Assembly (NCBI RefSeq): GCF_046119375.1
Contig: NW_027362767.1
Span: forward strand, 262,446,001 to 262,510,000
Source: Phyllobates terribilis
Lineage: Eukaryota
Reading direction: 5' to 3'
Length of the DNA stretch: 64,000 nt
Positions 28,919 through 42,688 of the stretch are shown in pieces. The notes beneath the pieces are model-generated. The model was not told the origin of the DNA. It searched no databases and saw only the letters and a list, made by a program, of their open reading frames with translations. Made by a program: the position numbers and the translations under genes. The stretch's first letter is position 1. Each line of letters opens with the position of its first letter.

Positions 28919-29609
28919 ATGCAGTCACTGTGTACATACATTACATTATTTATCCTGTACTGATCCCGCGTTACATCCTGTATTATATCCGAGAGCTGCA
29001 CTCACTATTCTGCTGGTGCGGTCACTGTGTACATACATTACATTACTTATCCTGTACTGATCCTGAGTTACATCCTGTATTATACTCCAGAGCTGCACTC
29101 ACTATTCTGCTGGTGCGGTCACTGTGTACATACATTACATTACTGATCCTGAGTTACATCCTGTATTGTACTACAGAGCTGCACTCACTATTCTGCTGGT
29201 GCAGTGACTGTGTACATACATTACATTACTGATCCGGTACGGACCCTGAGCTACATCCTGTATTATACTCCAGAGCTGCACTCACTATTCTGCTGGTGCA
29301 GTCACTGTGTACATACATTACATTACTGATCCTGTACTGATCCTGAGTTACATCCTGTATTGTACTCCAGAGCTGCACTCACTATTCTGCTGGTGCAGTC
29401 ACTGTGTATATACATTACATTACTTATCCTGTACTGATCCTGAGTTACATCCTGTACTATATTCCAGAGCTGCACTCACTATTCTGCTGGTGCAGTCACT
29501 GTGTACATACATTACATTACTTATCCTGTACTGATCCCGAGTTACCTCCTGTATTATACTCCAGAGCTGCACTCACTATTCTGCTGGTGCAGTCCCTGTG
29601 TACATACAT
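28919..29609 (+). repeat. 97-bp minisatellite family, second array (SLC31A1 intron 1)
   Basis: Same unit as 887-2127, about 7 copies. Confidence 0.93.
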
Positions 29610-31098
29610 GAGCTGTATGACTGTAGTGGAAGACCATCAGCTGCACATTTGGGTCTTATCTCAGAAACCTGATTACATTGGATGCAGGGAAAGGTCGGTG
29701 GTCGCCTGCAGCTTGTTCTCTGCTGTAAGGAGGACGTCTAATGGATCATGTTTCTTACAGGTAATCACATTAGATTGGACTAAATGCAATTTGTACCAAA
29801 TAAGTGTAATTACGCCTAATATGTCACTGCCTCCTGCTTTTTCCCCTTGTTTTGGACAGATTTTGATTATCAGTTTTAAGACTCTTAGAGGAGCACACAT
29901 TCCACCCCCACATAGCAGAGTCTGAAGAGACCACCTGAGTCAGGCAGTTCCTGCTGTACTCGGCACTCTACAGCATAATAGAGTGCTTAACCGGTGTGGA
30001 CCCCCAGTGATAAAGAACGCACTCCTCATTCAGAGCATCCTCTCCAGGATGTCAAGTGTCAGTATGACTCCAAGGGAAAGTCAGGGCTGCTGAAAACAGG
30101 CAGATATTGAGGGGCAGCTCTAGAGAAGACTGTCAACCAAATTCAGCAAGCAAAAAGTATTAGTGCGTATGATATTACAAGCGAAGATAGCTGTCTATCC
30201 CGGGTGTTAGCATTGTCACCATCAGAGGGCACCCTATTGCCGTCTGTGCTATGGGGTCTCTGTCATTGCCCCCCTGATGGTCCACTATTGAAATACAGAG
30301 CAAGTCACTGTATTGGTTCTGCCAGGTGATGGCACGGATGACAGGTGGCGTTACATAACCCGGACATTCATGGTTAGAATATTGAGCAAGTCTGGAAAGG
30401 AGCACTGAACTGATTTCATCCTGTGAATGTTTAATAATCGGATGACGAAGGACGCGGAGGAAACATCACCGGGAAATCAGAAAGATTGCTACATCGGCTT
30501 TCAACATGGATGTCAGCACCGATGGCGTCTCCCTCTCTGGAGGACCCGGGGCATCCATCCAAGACATAACATGGATTTCAGTGGGTGCTATCCAATATAA
30601 AAACCAAAAAGCGACCAGCACCTTTGAACAGAATAGAGCAAGTGTGAACAGATGCAAGCTGCTATGACCATATAATATAGAAAGAAAAGATTACAGCTGC
30701 CTCTGTAAGCGCTAAATGCAAACATTGGACATATGAAATTTGAACTGCATTACTGCCATATGGAATATACTTATAAAAATGAAGGTACTTGGAGCATAAA
30801 CTGGCCAATTCATGAGAGCCCATGGGCCACAATAAAGCGACCATACATTGATGGGACCCTACACCCAATATTTATCAAAACATGCAGAAGTGGTGATGTG
30901 TTTCGATTATACTTTTGCTCTGTTTGTTCCACTCCTGATTTTGGGTTACAAATACTGGTGTCAAATACTGACCAAATACTGAGGTGTGAACGCAGCCTTA
31001 AACTCACTCTGAAGAGCAAGGGAATAGAAGAAGGATCATTCAACGCTCGACAGGAGAAAACACCAGACAATCACCTAAAGTGATGTTTTCAGTGTGCT

Positions 31099-31647
31099 TT
31101 AAAGGGAAACTGTCACCCCACTGGGAGATATCTGACCTCTACTATGGCCATACAGGGTATAGAAAAGTAAATCTATACATACCTGTATGGTCCATAGTAG
31201 AGGTCTCATTACAGAGAAATGTAGATTTATCTCCCGGCGCATGCACAGAGCGCGGCTCACAGGGAGCGCCCTTTGTTTCCTCCCGGACCCGTTTGGCTGA
31301 GCACAGTGCAGCAGTGCTCTATTGCGCAGGCGTCGGGTTATCACTGCATGTCTATTGCGCATGCGCCGGGAGGTAAGGGAAAAAAGCCCACGTCGGGGGG
31401 GGGGGGGGGAGCAAATATGGTAAACGTGGACATAGGCGGGGAATTGGTGGAATAATAAGCAGATGGGCGTGGCTAGCTTGGCGTCCGGGGGACGCCAAGC
31501 CTGTGAAAAACCAAGTAGATAAAACTACATTTCTCTGTATTCAGACCTCTACTATGGCCATACAGTCATGTACAGATTTACTTTTCTATACCCCGTATGG
31601 CCATAGTAGAGGTCTGATATCTCCAAAGTGGTGACAGATTCCCTTAA
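31099..31647. mobile_element. T2/Kolobok-type MITE
   Basis: TTAAAGGGAAACTGTCACC ... GGTGACAGATTCCCTTAA; about 130-bp inverted arms, each with an internal GACCTCTACTATGG/CCATAGTAGAGGTC hairpin. Confidence 0.8.
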
Positions 31648-34082
31648 GTAAAGCTGCCGGACCAGAGACCAGGGCTGTGGAGTTGGAGTCATGGAGTCAG
31701 TGTCCATTTTGGTGGAGTCAGAATCGGAGTCTGTATAAAATGGACCGACTCCAACTCCTAAAATATATAATAAATTGGGTACAGTAGTTCAATGTAGTTT
31801 GTGGGGAATATTTTTTCATAACAATTTGGGAAAGTTATGAAATGTCCTAGAAATGTCTGTCCTATTCCTGATCTAAGGGTCTAGACTTTTAGCCGAGATG
31901 AATCTGTGCTACAGTAAATTTATCACTTAAACATGAGCCGTGTATGAGGGAGTCAGAGCCAGAGGTTTGGCTTACTGACTCCACAGTCCTGCCAGAGACA
32001 CACGCGATCATATTAAAATCATGATGAAGAGTGAAAGAATCTGTAGAGGGAAAAAAAGTGTGTAGGGAGGGGGTGCAAGTAGGCAAATAGGGAAAAAGTG
32101 AAATACGGAACATGAAAAGAGTGAAAAAATCTGCTTAAAAAGGTTAAAAAAATGAAAAAAAAAGGAAGAAAAAAGTCAAGGAAATTATGAAAAAAAGGGT
32201 AGAAAAAGGGGAAAAAAAAAGGAAAAGCAAGTCAAAACCTGGCCTCTGGTATAAAGGCAGGTGTACTAAGAAGTTTTTGGCACTTGTCATAAATAGGAGA
32301 AATGGATTGTGCAACAAAAATAAAGAATATCACAAATGTAATTGATGAAAGTGAATCCAGAATCAAGTGTGAATGAGATGGGCAGGATATTGGGGGCAGC
32401 GATGCCCAAGAGGGTGATGAAGAAAAACATGGACACATCATGCACAAAAATTTACATTTGTCTCCTAATTATCCCGTTCTTCCCAATTCATTTGCACAGT
32501 CCTGCTATAGTGAACCCCAACTAATCTGTGCCCCCCCCTTGTTAAACATGGTGGTTGAGGAGGCTGAGACATGCGGTGCCGTTTGCAGGCTCCTTAAGTT
32601 GTACAGCTGCTCCTCTATCGGCCTGTGACATGGAGGGGAGAAGGAAGTCAGTGGTGACCCCAAAAACAGCTCCATGCATCTCAACTTCCAGGACTCATGG
32701 AAAAGCGTATCAAAAGAATATTGGGGTTTACAATTCGGCCGTGTGCCATGTACCAAGCATCCATGCCAAGAATAGGTGAAGCAAACGATTGCAGCCATAA
32801 AGGGTCCACTCAGTCTTGCAGGGGCTGCACCTGCATATAGATGACTGCCCCTTTAATTGCAAAAACAAAACTACAATCTAAAATATTGGAGCGTTATTTA
32901 CTATAATAAAAAATCAGAGCTCACCAGCCCAGAGGAGATCTCCTGACGAGTCCCAGAGGTGCGGAAGAGTGAGCAGAGGGTTAGGTACTCAGGAACTCCT
33001 CCCCTACCGGCTAAGAAACCGGCTCATCATTTACATGTGCATCATCCGGAGCGTGGACTCGCACCCCCTGACACATCCCTGTGTCCTAGGACATCCACAA
33101 CACGCAGAAAATCATGGAAGTAATAATGGACATGTACAGTGATTGCAATCTCTATTCCTGCTGATAGCAGCAACATAGTTTCAATCAACTAGGAAGTTTC
33201 CATCCTATTAACATTAGATCTATTAAAAAAGGGAAAAACGAAAAAAGAAAAAAAAAATCCTATTTCATGGTTCCAGATAGAGGTTGTCAAATTACAAGTC
33301 TAGACCGAAGAGGCGAGACCACACTGTCATAACGAAGCCTCACCACTCTTCTTTATTAATTATGATTTTAGCTACATGAAAAAGTGTAAAAACAAACAAA
33401 AAAAACCCCACAAAATATAATCTTTACATTTTGTGCAGTGACAACAAATATATCTAAATACTCGCAATGTATCTGTAGGTCGCCCCTTTAAGGATCTGAT
33501 TTTTACCCTCTTCCTTAATACGTGATGGGTCGAGCTCCTGCACACGACAATCCCTATAAGTACACAGTAAGTGTATGCAAACAGCACAACACTTTGGCAG
33601 AACACAGATTCCTCATCCACGTTTCCTTGATGGGGACAAGTCAAAAAAACAAGAGCAATGTCCAATGTCGCTTCTGTTATACGAGGTGTCAGGCTTAAAA
33701 ACAAATAAATCCAAAAACAAGCAAACAAGATAGAAATAAGATGGGAAAAGTAAAAAAAATACCAAACAGAAGAGAATACAAAAGAAAAACAATGAGGAAA
33801 TGCTACAGGTGATGAGCAAAAATATCAGAAGTACCCTGGTCTGGCGTCCAGTTCAGCCCTCCACTACAGCTGGGCTAGGGCAGTGATCAACCTCTGTCTG
33901 GCACCATGGGCATCTCTGCCACTCATTAGGTGACACAGGATTGCCAAAGCAGAGGTGAACGATGCTCTAGTCCAGCAGTCTCGAAAACCGTACTGGACCA
34001 CGGTACTTTGGTATTTTCAAGAAATTAGCAAAAAAATATACATATAGAAAAAAAAGTTACAAAAATTAGGACATATACATCC

Positions 34083-35180
34083 ACAGTACTGGACGAAAGT
34101 TTGGACACCCCTGCTCATGTAATGGTTTTCCTTGTTCTTATTCGAATGCACACATTGTAGATTCAGACTGAAAGACTATGTGTAACACCTTAGGCTCCTC
34201 ACAGTGCCTCTCTGTAACTCTGATGACGGCTTTACACCCCCTTTTCAGTCTCTCCAGCAGCTCAATCAGGTTGTCTCCTGGAATCGCTCCCAATGAACAG
34301 ATAGCCTTGTCAAGAGTCCATCTGTGGAATCAGAAAGTGTTTGCAACCATCATGGAGGTCAGAATCTGAAAAATTGCTAGAACCTGAAGGTATCTTCACT
34401 TGCAGTCATGAAAATTATCATTCACTAAGATGAAACTGGTCATGAACACCACTCCAGGAAAGGAAGACTAAGAATTACAGTACCTCTGCTGCAGAGGATA
34501 AGTTCATCAGAGTCACAAAATTCAAATTGACAATACTACAGACAACAGCCCGCAAAAATGCCATTATGTAGCAGACAATTTCACATCAGCTGTCCAGAAA
34601 AGACTGCAAGAAGCGGCCTTTATTGTTGAATTGCTGCAAAGAAGATGCTACCGAGGACCGCAAACAATAAGAGACTTGAGTGGACCTAACACAAGGACTC
34701 AATGTTAGATCAGGGAACATCTGTACTGTGGTCCGAGGAATCAAAATTAGAGACTTTTTGTATCAACCACCGTGTCTTTGTAAGACACAGGAAAATCCAA
34801 CTTCAACAGCATGGCACCATAGCTTTCTGCAGTGACCACCGACCCATCTGGTTTGCTATTAGTGGGATCATCATTTGTGCTGCAACAGGACAATGACCCC
34901 AAAACCCTCCAGGAGAGGTATGGCGGCTGCGTAAGAGGACATGGTCTCCACAATCACCGACATCAAGTGAGATGGTTTGGGATGAGTTGGATGCAGAAGG
35001 AAGACATAGCAGCAACAAGTGCTCAGCACTCTGGGAACCCATTCAGGACTGATGGAGCCAGTCCAGGTGACGACCTAATGAAGTTGCTGGAGAGAAAGTC
35101 AAGAGGGAGTAAAGCAGTGATCAGAGTAAAAGGGGGGCACCAGGAGGAAACGAAGGTGCTACACATTCTGATTTGTGTCA
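34083..35180 (+). mobile_element. Old degenerate Tc1 copy related to the DD38E family
   Basis: TIR CAGTACTGGACGAAAGTTTGGACAC; remnants WSEESKLE and SSFVLQQDNDPK. Right end approximate. Confidence 0.75.
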
Positions 35181-36285
35181 CATATTGGCAGCAAAACCAC
35201 GAAGAAAGCAGCATTCAGTCTGAATCTGCAATGTGCACATTCCAAAAAGGACAAGTACAACCACTGCATAAAAGATGGAAGTCCAAAGTTCTGACAAGTA
35301 CAAAATGTGTGTTTGAACGAATTGGGATCACCATTTTTCATAGATTCCCTATCGTATTCCAGGGTCAGGGGCCCCCGACTGCTCGTGGCGATTCAAAAAA
35401 GTGTCCTGCAGTAAAAGCCGGGCAGAGTCCAACAGACGGGTGTGATGGCTCCTTCAAGAAAGTTCAAACTCATTAAGACATTATTTTTTTGGTTTATGAT
35501 GCCACCGTCCTTACAGCCTGACACTATGGAAAGTCATCACATGTCTACAGGTCGCGCCGTCTTATCTATGTGGGATAAATGCAGCTCTCGAGGAGGAGCG
35601 AAGGGGCTATTGACATTGATGTACATGTACTGTACATACTTAGGTACAGGAGAATGTCGCTATTAGTCTTTCACTGAGTCAGCATTTTGCATCACTGAGA
35701 CACTGTCTTATTACGGAGTGTATGAGATAGTCACTGTGCATACAGTACAACTGTAGGAAGGGTCACGTCGTCAACTTACCTTGAAGAAACAAGCCAAAAG
35801 GCCAAGAAGAAAGACCTCTTGTAGTAAGCCGCTGAGTACTTGGGGCTTCTTTGCTCTAGACCTTGGCAGGTGGGCACCCTGAGCCCCCTCCCCCCCCCCC
35901 CCATGATATCCAATAGTCCCCAGTCACAGAAAGTGACAGTAAAGAGGGACACAAAAACTTCCTAAACAACAATGTGATTTACATGCAACCTTTTTTCCAC
36001 TTAAGTCAATTAGATGTTATATATGATGCTTTGCAAAAGTTGCACCCGCAACATGGAGCCTGGAGGGGCCCAATAGGTTGCTTTGGCCCATATGATAAGA
36101 CCAATACAATTAGAGACTCCATGATTATTTGGAAGATTTTGCATCGGGCCCATGAGCTTCAAGTTACGTTACTGGGTAGTGCCACAAAAGGTCTCTATAC
36201 CTATAAGGGGGACGCGTGTTGCAAAAAAAAAAAAACTAAATGAAATAATGCAGCCCCAGCCTAAAGAGTGAAAAAAACCCTCTCA

Positions 36286-36663
36286 GGCTGTGTGCCCACG
36301 TAGCATTTTTCAAGCGTATATGCTGCGGAATTTCCGCAGCGTAAACGCTTGAAAAACGCATGTATATCCGCACCCCATGGTCCCCAATGGGATTCCGCAA
36401 TGTCAATGCCCATGCTGCGGATTTTTCCGCAGCGTTTATGCTGCGTTCAAAAATCCGCAGCATGTCATTTAATTTTGCGTTTCCGCATGCAGAATTGCCT
36501 TTGTCCAATGCATAAAAAACGCAAGGCAATTCCGCATGTGGAAAACGCGTGATAAACGCGCGATAAATGCGTGCGGAATTCCGCATGCGTTTTTTCCGGG
36601 AGAGGACTTGCAGAAATGAAGCAGAAATTTTCTGCTTCATAAATGCAACGTGGGCACATAGCC
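36286..36663. mobile_element. PIF/Harbinger-like MITE with 3-bp TSD (TCA)
   Basis: GGCTGTGTGCCCACGT ... ACGTGGGCACATAGCC, with TCA on both flanks; internal GCGGAATTCCGC-type palindromes. Confidence 0.8.
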
Positions 36664-37559
36664 TCAAAATTCAAAAAAAAAAAAATCAAAGTCACTAGAT
36701 ACAGGGGGCACAGGGCTAATCACGCTTTCCCTTTCTGACTGGGTTGTCACGTCGCAGCAATTAAACAATTATTTCTTCCCCAATTAGGACAGGTTTATTG
36801 ATGTTCAAAGTCTCCCAAGTGAAGTCAATCATCCTCATCACTGATCAGCAAACCAGCGCTCCGCAGATCATTAACCTCACACTGATAAGCCCAGAAAAAA
36901 AAAGAAGAAAAACCCCTGCATGGATTCAGGAGCGAGAGCAAAAGCCATGCCGGATCCCTGGGAAGCCGCTCGTCATTCTGCACTTGGAAATGGTGAAGGA
37001 GCAGATTTAAAGCGTAGACTCCAGAGTCATTTTTACATTTATTTCATGCTTTACGTCCCCCTTACCTCCCCCTCCACTTTGGGCAAAATTCTACGCACAA
37101 ATTAATTATCAATACTAAAAAGACAAGTGACAGGAAATTACATCCTGCACCAGTTAAATAAAAAAAAAGCGCTACCAGCAGTTCATGACGCAAGTAAAGA
37201 TCGGAAAGCAGCGTTATTCCATGTCATAGTGAGCAAGAGGAAACCCTGATCCGTGTCCCCATGTGTGCAGCCGCGGGGCCCGTCCAGCAGTCACACATGG
37301 CTCCTCAGTACAAGGCTTGGCGAGAGGACAGGGAAATAAAGAATGCAAGACGGAAGCAATGACAAAGTCTATCCAAGATGCCAAGAAGCAGGATTAGTCA
37401 GGAACCGATCCAACAAGTAGTTAGGAACTGATCCAACAACGGACCCCCGAGATTACGTCACACCCGACGCCTGATGCATATACAACACAAACTCCTCCAG
37501 AAGAAGCTCACAAATCACACAAAAACCAACATCAAAACGTATAGTATAGTCCATCTGGA

Positions 37560-37645
37560 GGGGGGAGTATTATAGTAATTCTATTCTTTGTACATAGGGG
37601 GCAGAATTATAGTAGTTATATTCTTGTACATAGGGGGCAGTATTA
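37560..37645 (-). repeat. Short remnant of the 35-bp minisatellite family (reverse orientation)
   Basis: TTATAGTAGTTATATTCTTGTACATAGGGGGCAGTATTA is the reverse complement of the unit at 53913-55260. Confidence 0.8.
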
Positions 37646-39439
37646 CATGTCACTGAATCTCATATTTGCCTCATATTTTGGTTACAGCAGTCCTCATTTA
37701 CTTCCACTTCGGCCCACACACAATCACTATTGTTCGGCCCGGTACTCAGTCTCGGCTGCAGATTAATGAGGCTTCTGCTTGTTTGTGAGCGCTGAGCCGG
37801 AGTGTAGACAATAGTCACATATTTGGTGATAGCTGACATGTTGACATATTATTGAGGTTCCCGGGCAGGACCACTCAGGGAGAGAATCCCTTGTTGCAGA
37901 TGAACTTTGATCCCAGTGATTTGTAACTTGTCACTTTTCTACAATCCAGCGGTGAACTGCAGCTTCACATACTACACCTCAACTTTAATGTGACCCTCAC
38001 TAAACTCAATGACAGCACAAACCCAGGTCTCTGCAATGTCCAATAGAAAGAACAATCCTGAGTAGTCCATAAAGAAAGATTGGGATCCTAAGGAATCTGC
38101 GACAATGTTTCCAATTATATTGGTTAAAAAAGTTGCAAAATAAAAATGCAAACAAACCTCCCTTCTATTTCACAACAGCAAGCTCAATTTTTCTAAACAG
38201 AACCACAATCCCCAAGTCTTAAAGGGACAGTTACACAAAAGCTGTTATAGTCTAAACATCGCAGACCCCCGGGATGCAGAAAGCAAGAGCAGCGTGCGGC
38301 CTGACAGCATGTGATCAGGAGCGTGAATGACCGAACAATGCGACAGAGAATGTAAGTTTTTATATCCCTCCCCAGGATCTCTTTCCTCTTTTTAGAGGAT
38401 CAAGGAACAAAACTTTCTATATTCGGGGATAATGGGTCAAATTGTAAATATATCACTTAAAATCTGACATTGCGGATTCTGGAAAAGATGGCTGATACCA
38501 GTGAGGGGTGTAATAGCGGGTGCGGATTGGGTCAGAAGCCGGTAATGAGAAAACACAAAGTAAACTATCCAACAAATAACGCGGGTGCCAAGCACAACAA
38601 GCCGGGCGCAATGTCCATGCAGTGCCTGTACAAATATGTGGGCTGGGATACACACAGGGGGGTGCCCCTTTACAGAATACTCAGACCCTCTCAACAGACC
38701 CATTACTTAAGAGACCTCCAGATTATTGGAACTGACAGATTATAGGACTATATACAGTATTTATAGATTTGGCCGAGAGGAAGAGGGGTAAAAGTGACCG
38801 GAGGGGCGGCAGCTACAATGAACTAGAATACAGACTGCAAAGAAAATGCCCTCACATGACCCCCTTAATCTCAGACAAACCCTCAGCAGGGGCAGCCTGA
38901 CCCTAAAAGTCGGATGGTTAATCCTGGGAATGAGCTGCCAAGATCTGCAGAACTAAGCAGCTAAATCCATGAAGGTAGAGAAAAAAATGGCCTCTAAGAC
39001 GTTCAAGCAGTGGCCTATGGAGGAGTTATATTTCTCATTGGTTATAGGGATGCTCATTTCCAATTAGGAGGAAAATGCCGGGGAGGGCATCTGTACTCGG
39101 GGCTGTGACAGGGGCCACATCAAAGGACAGATTTACAGAGTGAGTGACGTATAAAGTTCTTTTCAGTTATACAGGAATGGAACGTCAGAATCCTTCCCTA
39201 CATAAAACTAGACATAAAGTCACTACATGGCAAAACTTTGTATTTCCTTCACTACATAAATGATACAGAGTAAAGAATTGGGCCACAAGTCCTTAATCAC
39301 TGAATTCTAGTGTACACCCTCTGGCCCCTTCTCCCCCAGCCCATTGCTCCCCCCCTATATATAACCTCCCAGAACTGCTGGTGGTGCAGAGCTCTCTGAT
39401 ACCAGTGTCATCCTGTACTAGGACCAGCGGGGTAAAAAA

Positions 39440-40275
39440 TCCTTTCATGACATTTCCGAAATCATCCCTATCATCTGTGAGTAATATTATTGAGAAGTGA
39501 AAGGAACCGCAGCAACTCAGCTATGAAGTCGAGACCCCGTAATGTTACAGAGCGGGAGCCGAGTGCTGAGGACAGAAAAGTCACCACCACTCTGCAGACC
39601 CTATAACTGCAGGGTCCAGACCTCCTCTGGTATAACCTCAGCACAAACACTGCGCCCCCGCCGGGAGCATCTTGCAGACGTACATCACCAAGCACAATGC
39701 TGAGCGTCAGATGGAGTGGTGTAAAGCCGCAACCACTGGACTCTGGAGTAGACGTGTTCTGTGCAGTGACAGATCGCACTTCTCTATTTGGCATCTGATG
39801 AACGAGCCTGGATTTGGTGATTCCAGGAGAACGTAGATGCATTGTGCCTGTAGTACAGATGGTGGAGGAGGATAATACTATGGGCTGTTATCAGGGGTCG
39901 GCCTTGGCCCTTTGGTTCCAGTGAAGGAAAATCCTACATCTTCATCACTAAACAATACATTATGGACAATTGTAGCTTCCAGCTTTGTGGGAACAGTTTG
40001 AGGAAGACCTTTTTATGTCCCCCGTGACTGTGCTCAGTGCACAAGGAGGGGGAGTTTGGTGAAAGAACATGAGCCCAGACCTCAGCCCCACTCAAGAATG
40101 GAGATTGTGAGCCTCGTCTTCACCAAATTCAGGGTCTAACCTCACAAATTCCCACAGATGCCTCCAAAAGCTTGTAGAAATCCTTCCCAGAAGAGCGGAG
40201 CCATTATATTTGCAGAGGGGACGACTCCATATTAATGTATATGGATGTAGAATGGGAGGTCAGAAAAGTCCTCGA
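39440..40275 (+). mobile_element. Highly degenerate Tc1-like transposase fragment
   Basis: Decayed sequence resembling the Tc1 catalytic region (GAGTGGTGTAAAGC..CACTGGACTCTGGAG, GAGCCCAGACCTCAGCCCCACT); no intact ORF. Confidence 0.6.
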
Positions 40276-40474
40276 AGGGGCAATGTGGAGAGGGCACATA
40301 CTTTTCTCCAAGCAGTGTATATCACACTTTTACCACATTGCATCATTAGTATCTGCCACTTTTTCATATGACACCAGACATAAAGCCCCTGTAATGTGGT
40401 ATTATGTAGACACTATATGACAACATTTTACTACTAATGGCACTTTATGCTTTATTGTTTACATGGCCCTAGAG

Positions 40475-40995
40475 CAGTGATGTCAAACTCAACCACACAG
40501 AGGGCCAAAATGAAAAACTTGGACAAAGTCGCGGGCCAACCATTATACAGTACAACAGAGTCCTCCAATACAGTCTAACGGGCCCCACAGAGTCCTCCAA
40601 TACAGTCTAACGGGCCCCACAGAGTCCTCCAATACAGTCTAACGGGCCCCACAGAGTCCTCCAATACAGTCTAACGGGCCCCACAGAGTCCTCCAATACA
40701 GTCTAACGGGCCCCACAGAGTCCTCCAATACAGTCTAACGGGCCCCACAGAGTCCTCCAATACAGTCTAACGGGCCCCACATAGTCCTCCAATACAGTAT
40801 AATGGGCCCCACATAGTCCTCCAATACAGTATAATGGGCCCCACATAGTCCTCCAATACAGTATAATGGGCCCCACATAGTCCTCCAATACAGTATAATG
40901 GGCCCCACATAGGGGTGATGGTTCTGGTGTCGTGGGCCAAATAAAACCACACCGCTGGCCAGATTTGGCCCACGGGCCAGAGTTTCACATATATG
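40475..40995. mobile_element. hAT-type MITE carrying a 32-bp minisatellite (about 11 units, 40548-40910)
   Basis: CAGTGATGTCAAACTC ... GAGTTTCACATATATG; 8-bp TSD CCCTAGAG/CCCTAGAC; unit TCCTCCAATACAGTCTAACGGGCCCCACAGAG. Confidence 0.8.
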
Positions 40996-42236
40996 CCCTA
41001 GACTGTGCCTGTTTAAAACAGTAATACAGTGCCCATATGACATTTTTACTACTATTGGCACGATGTTTCCTATATGACATTAGATATATTGGCATTGTAT
41101 TGCAGCACTACATTGGCATCATATGGCACTATTACTACTACTACTAATGGCAGCAGCATGGCATGAAACATAACAGTTGCATGACATGAGCGCTATATGG
41201 CACCTTTATATAATGCCGTCACTGTATGACAAATATTAGCACAGTTACACTGGTGTCGCACTACATCCCACATTGTGCACGGTCAGATGTAATTTCATGG
41301 CGCTAATACCTAGTAAGGAGTCCACGGCGATATCATTATCAGATGACCCAGCGCTGGGGCGCAGCCAATATGTCACAGAGAAGCTGCATGTGCCAAACCC
41401 TCCCGGACGGCACCCGCCAAGGATTTTCTGAAGAGTTCCCTTTCATTTTCTCCCAGTCTGGGGGCAGTGGGGAGATTGGCACAATTTTAGTAGAAATGCT
41501 AATTACAAGACTTACGAGAACAAAGTCAACGAGATCAGAATGCACATTAAGCCGCTGTCAACCATTCAGTGACTCCACCCCAAGGACTCCTAACGCTCAT
41601 GACTTTAAAGGGATACTTCACAAATTAGACCCATCAGTCTCCCTCTGCTGGCAGAAAGAAGTATGTGCAAGGCAACAAGTCCAGGGATGCAACATTTTTA
41701 GTGGAGTGTGCCTTTAAGTTAAAGGGGGGAGTCCTTACGGGATGGAGAGGCCAGAGGTAAATATCCAGGTCTCCCTATTATAGGGTCCTATGACTAATAA
41801 CTGAGCACATCCGCCCACATGACTGATGAGCAGTGAACTAGGAGAACTACAACACCCAGCAGAAATCTTCAGAAGATGTCAAAGAAGTTCTCCACCACTG
41901 AGGGTGCCCTAAAGCGGTTACCATGACAACTGCAATGGCAGAAATAGGGGGAGACCCCACTAAACAATGCCATACTACCACACTGGGAACCAGGACAGGG
42001 ACATGAAGCACCAGCTGAGCCCCTCCTGGTCCATGACCCCAATATTCTGGGTCGGTGCTGCTCCTGGGAGGCTCTGCAGAGCATTGCTCTACCAGCGCAG
42101 GACGCAGAGCCTCTCACTGACCATGTAGGAGGGTTACGGTGACCCCTATTAAAGGTGAACTCTGCCTCCACGTGTAACTTTCCACAACTCTGATAGTTTG
42201 GCCCCCAGCGCAATGCCAGGGCCTCTCCCTCCTCAC

Positions 42237-42330
42237 CCGGCTGCCACCGCCGCTGTCTGACCGCTGTTACCTCCGCGCTCCACAGCCACTATCCAGCGCC
42301 TCCGACTCCGAGAGATCCGCCGACAAGATT
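42237..42330 (-). other. SLC31A1: Putative non-coding exon 1 of SLC31A1 (implies an intron 1 of about 22.3 kb)
   Basis: Minus-strand donor CGG|GTGAGG at 42237/42236 in a CpG-rich island beside the FKBP15 promoter; acceptor of the ATG exon at 19922; agrees with the vertebrate SLC31A1/FKBP15 head-to-head layout. Confidence 0.7.
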
Positions 42331-42600
42331 CCGCCCCTTGACGTCATCGAAGGGTGGGGCGTGATCAGAATGCCTCAATGAGCCATAACACCAAGCCACG
42401 CCCTCTCCTGCCAATCACCTTCTACTACCCACGGCAGCCGCTCTCTGATTGGCTAACCACAGCGAGGCGTGAAACCGTCACACCTGCGTTCCAGCGAAAG
42501 CCATGGGCGCCACGTGATACTTTTTGACGTGAATTCCCGACGTTCGCTTTACAGCAGCGGTAAAACGAGATCAGAGTAGGAGTGTAGGGGGTCAGCTGAC
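42331..42600. promoter_or_regulatory. Bidirectional SLC31A1/FKBP15 promoter
   Basis: GC box 42331-37, perfect CRE TGACGTCA 42339-46, opposed CCAAT 42411-15 and ATTGG 42448-52, E-box CACGTG 42511-16; CpG-rich. Confidence 0.75.
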
Positions 42601-42688
42601 AACCCTGTGACTGTCAGGCAGCCCGGAAGAGGCAGCTGGCTGGCGGTGGGGGTTTACTGCTCCGGGTCCTCGCTGCTCTGAAGCTGTC

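Noticed and set aside
29610-30900. Possible LINE-derived fragments (also about 32280-33360 and 37780-38760)
   Set aside because: No diagnostic RT or endonuclease motifs could be read, so they were left unannotated.
35780-35860. Strong minus-strand donor AAG|GTAAGT as an alternative SLC31A1 5' UTR exon
   Set aside because: No convincing acceptor or promoter upstream, and isolated consensus donors are expected by chance in 22 kb.
36236-36695. Overlapping ORFs of 67-143 aa
   Set aside because: They arise from the palindromic Harbinger-like MITE and have no recognisable protein motifs.
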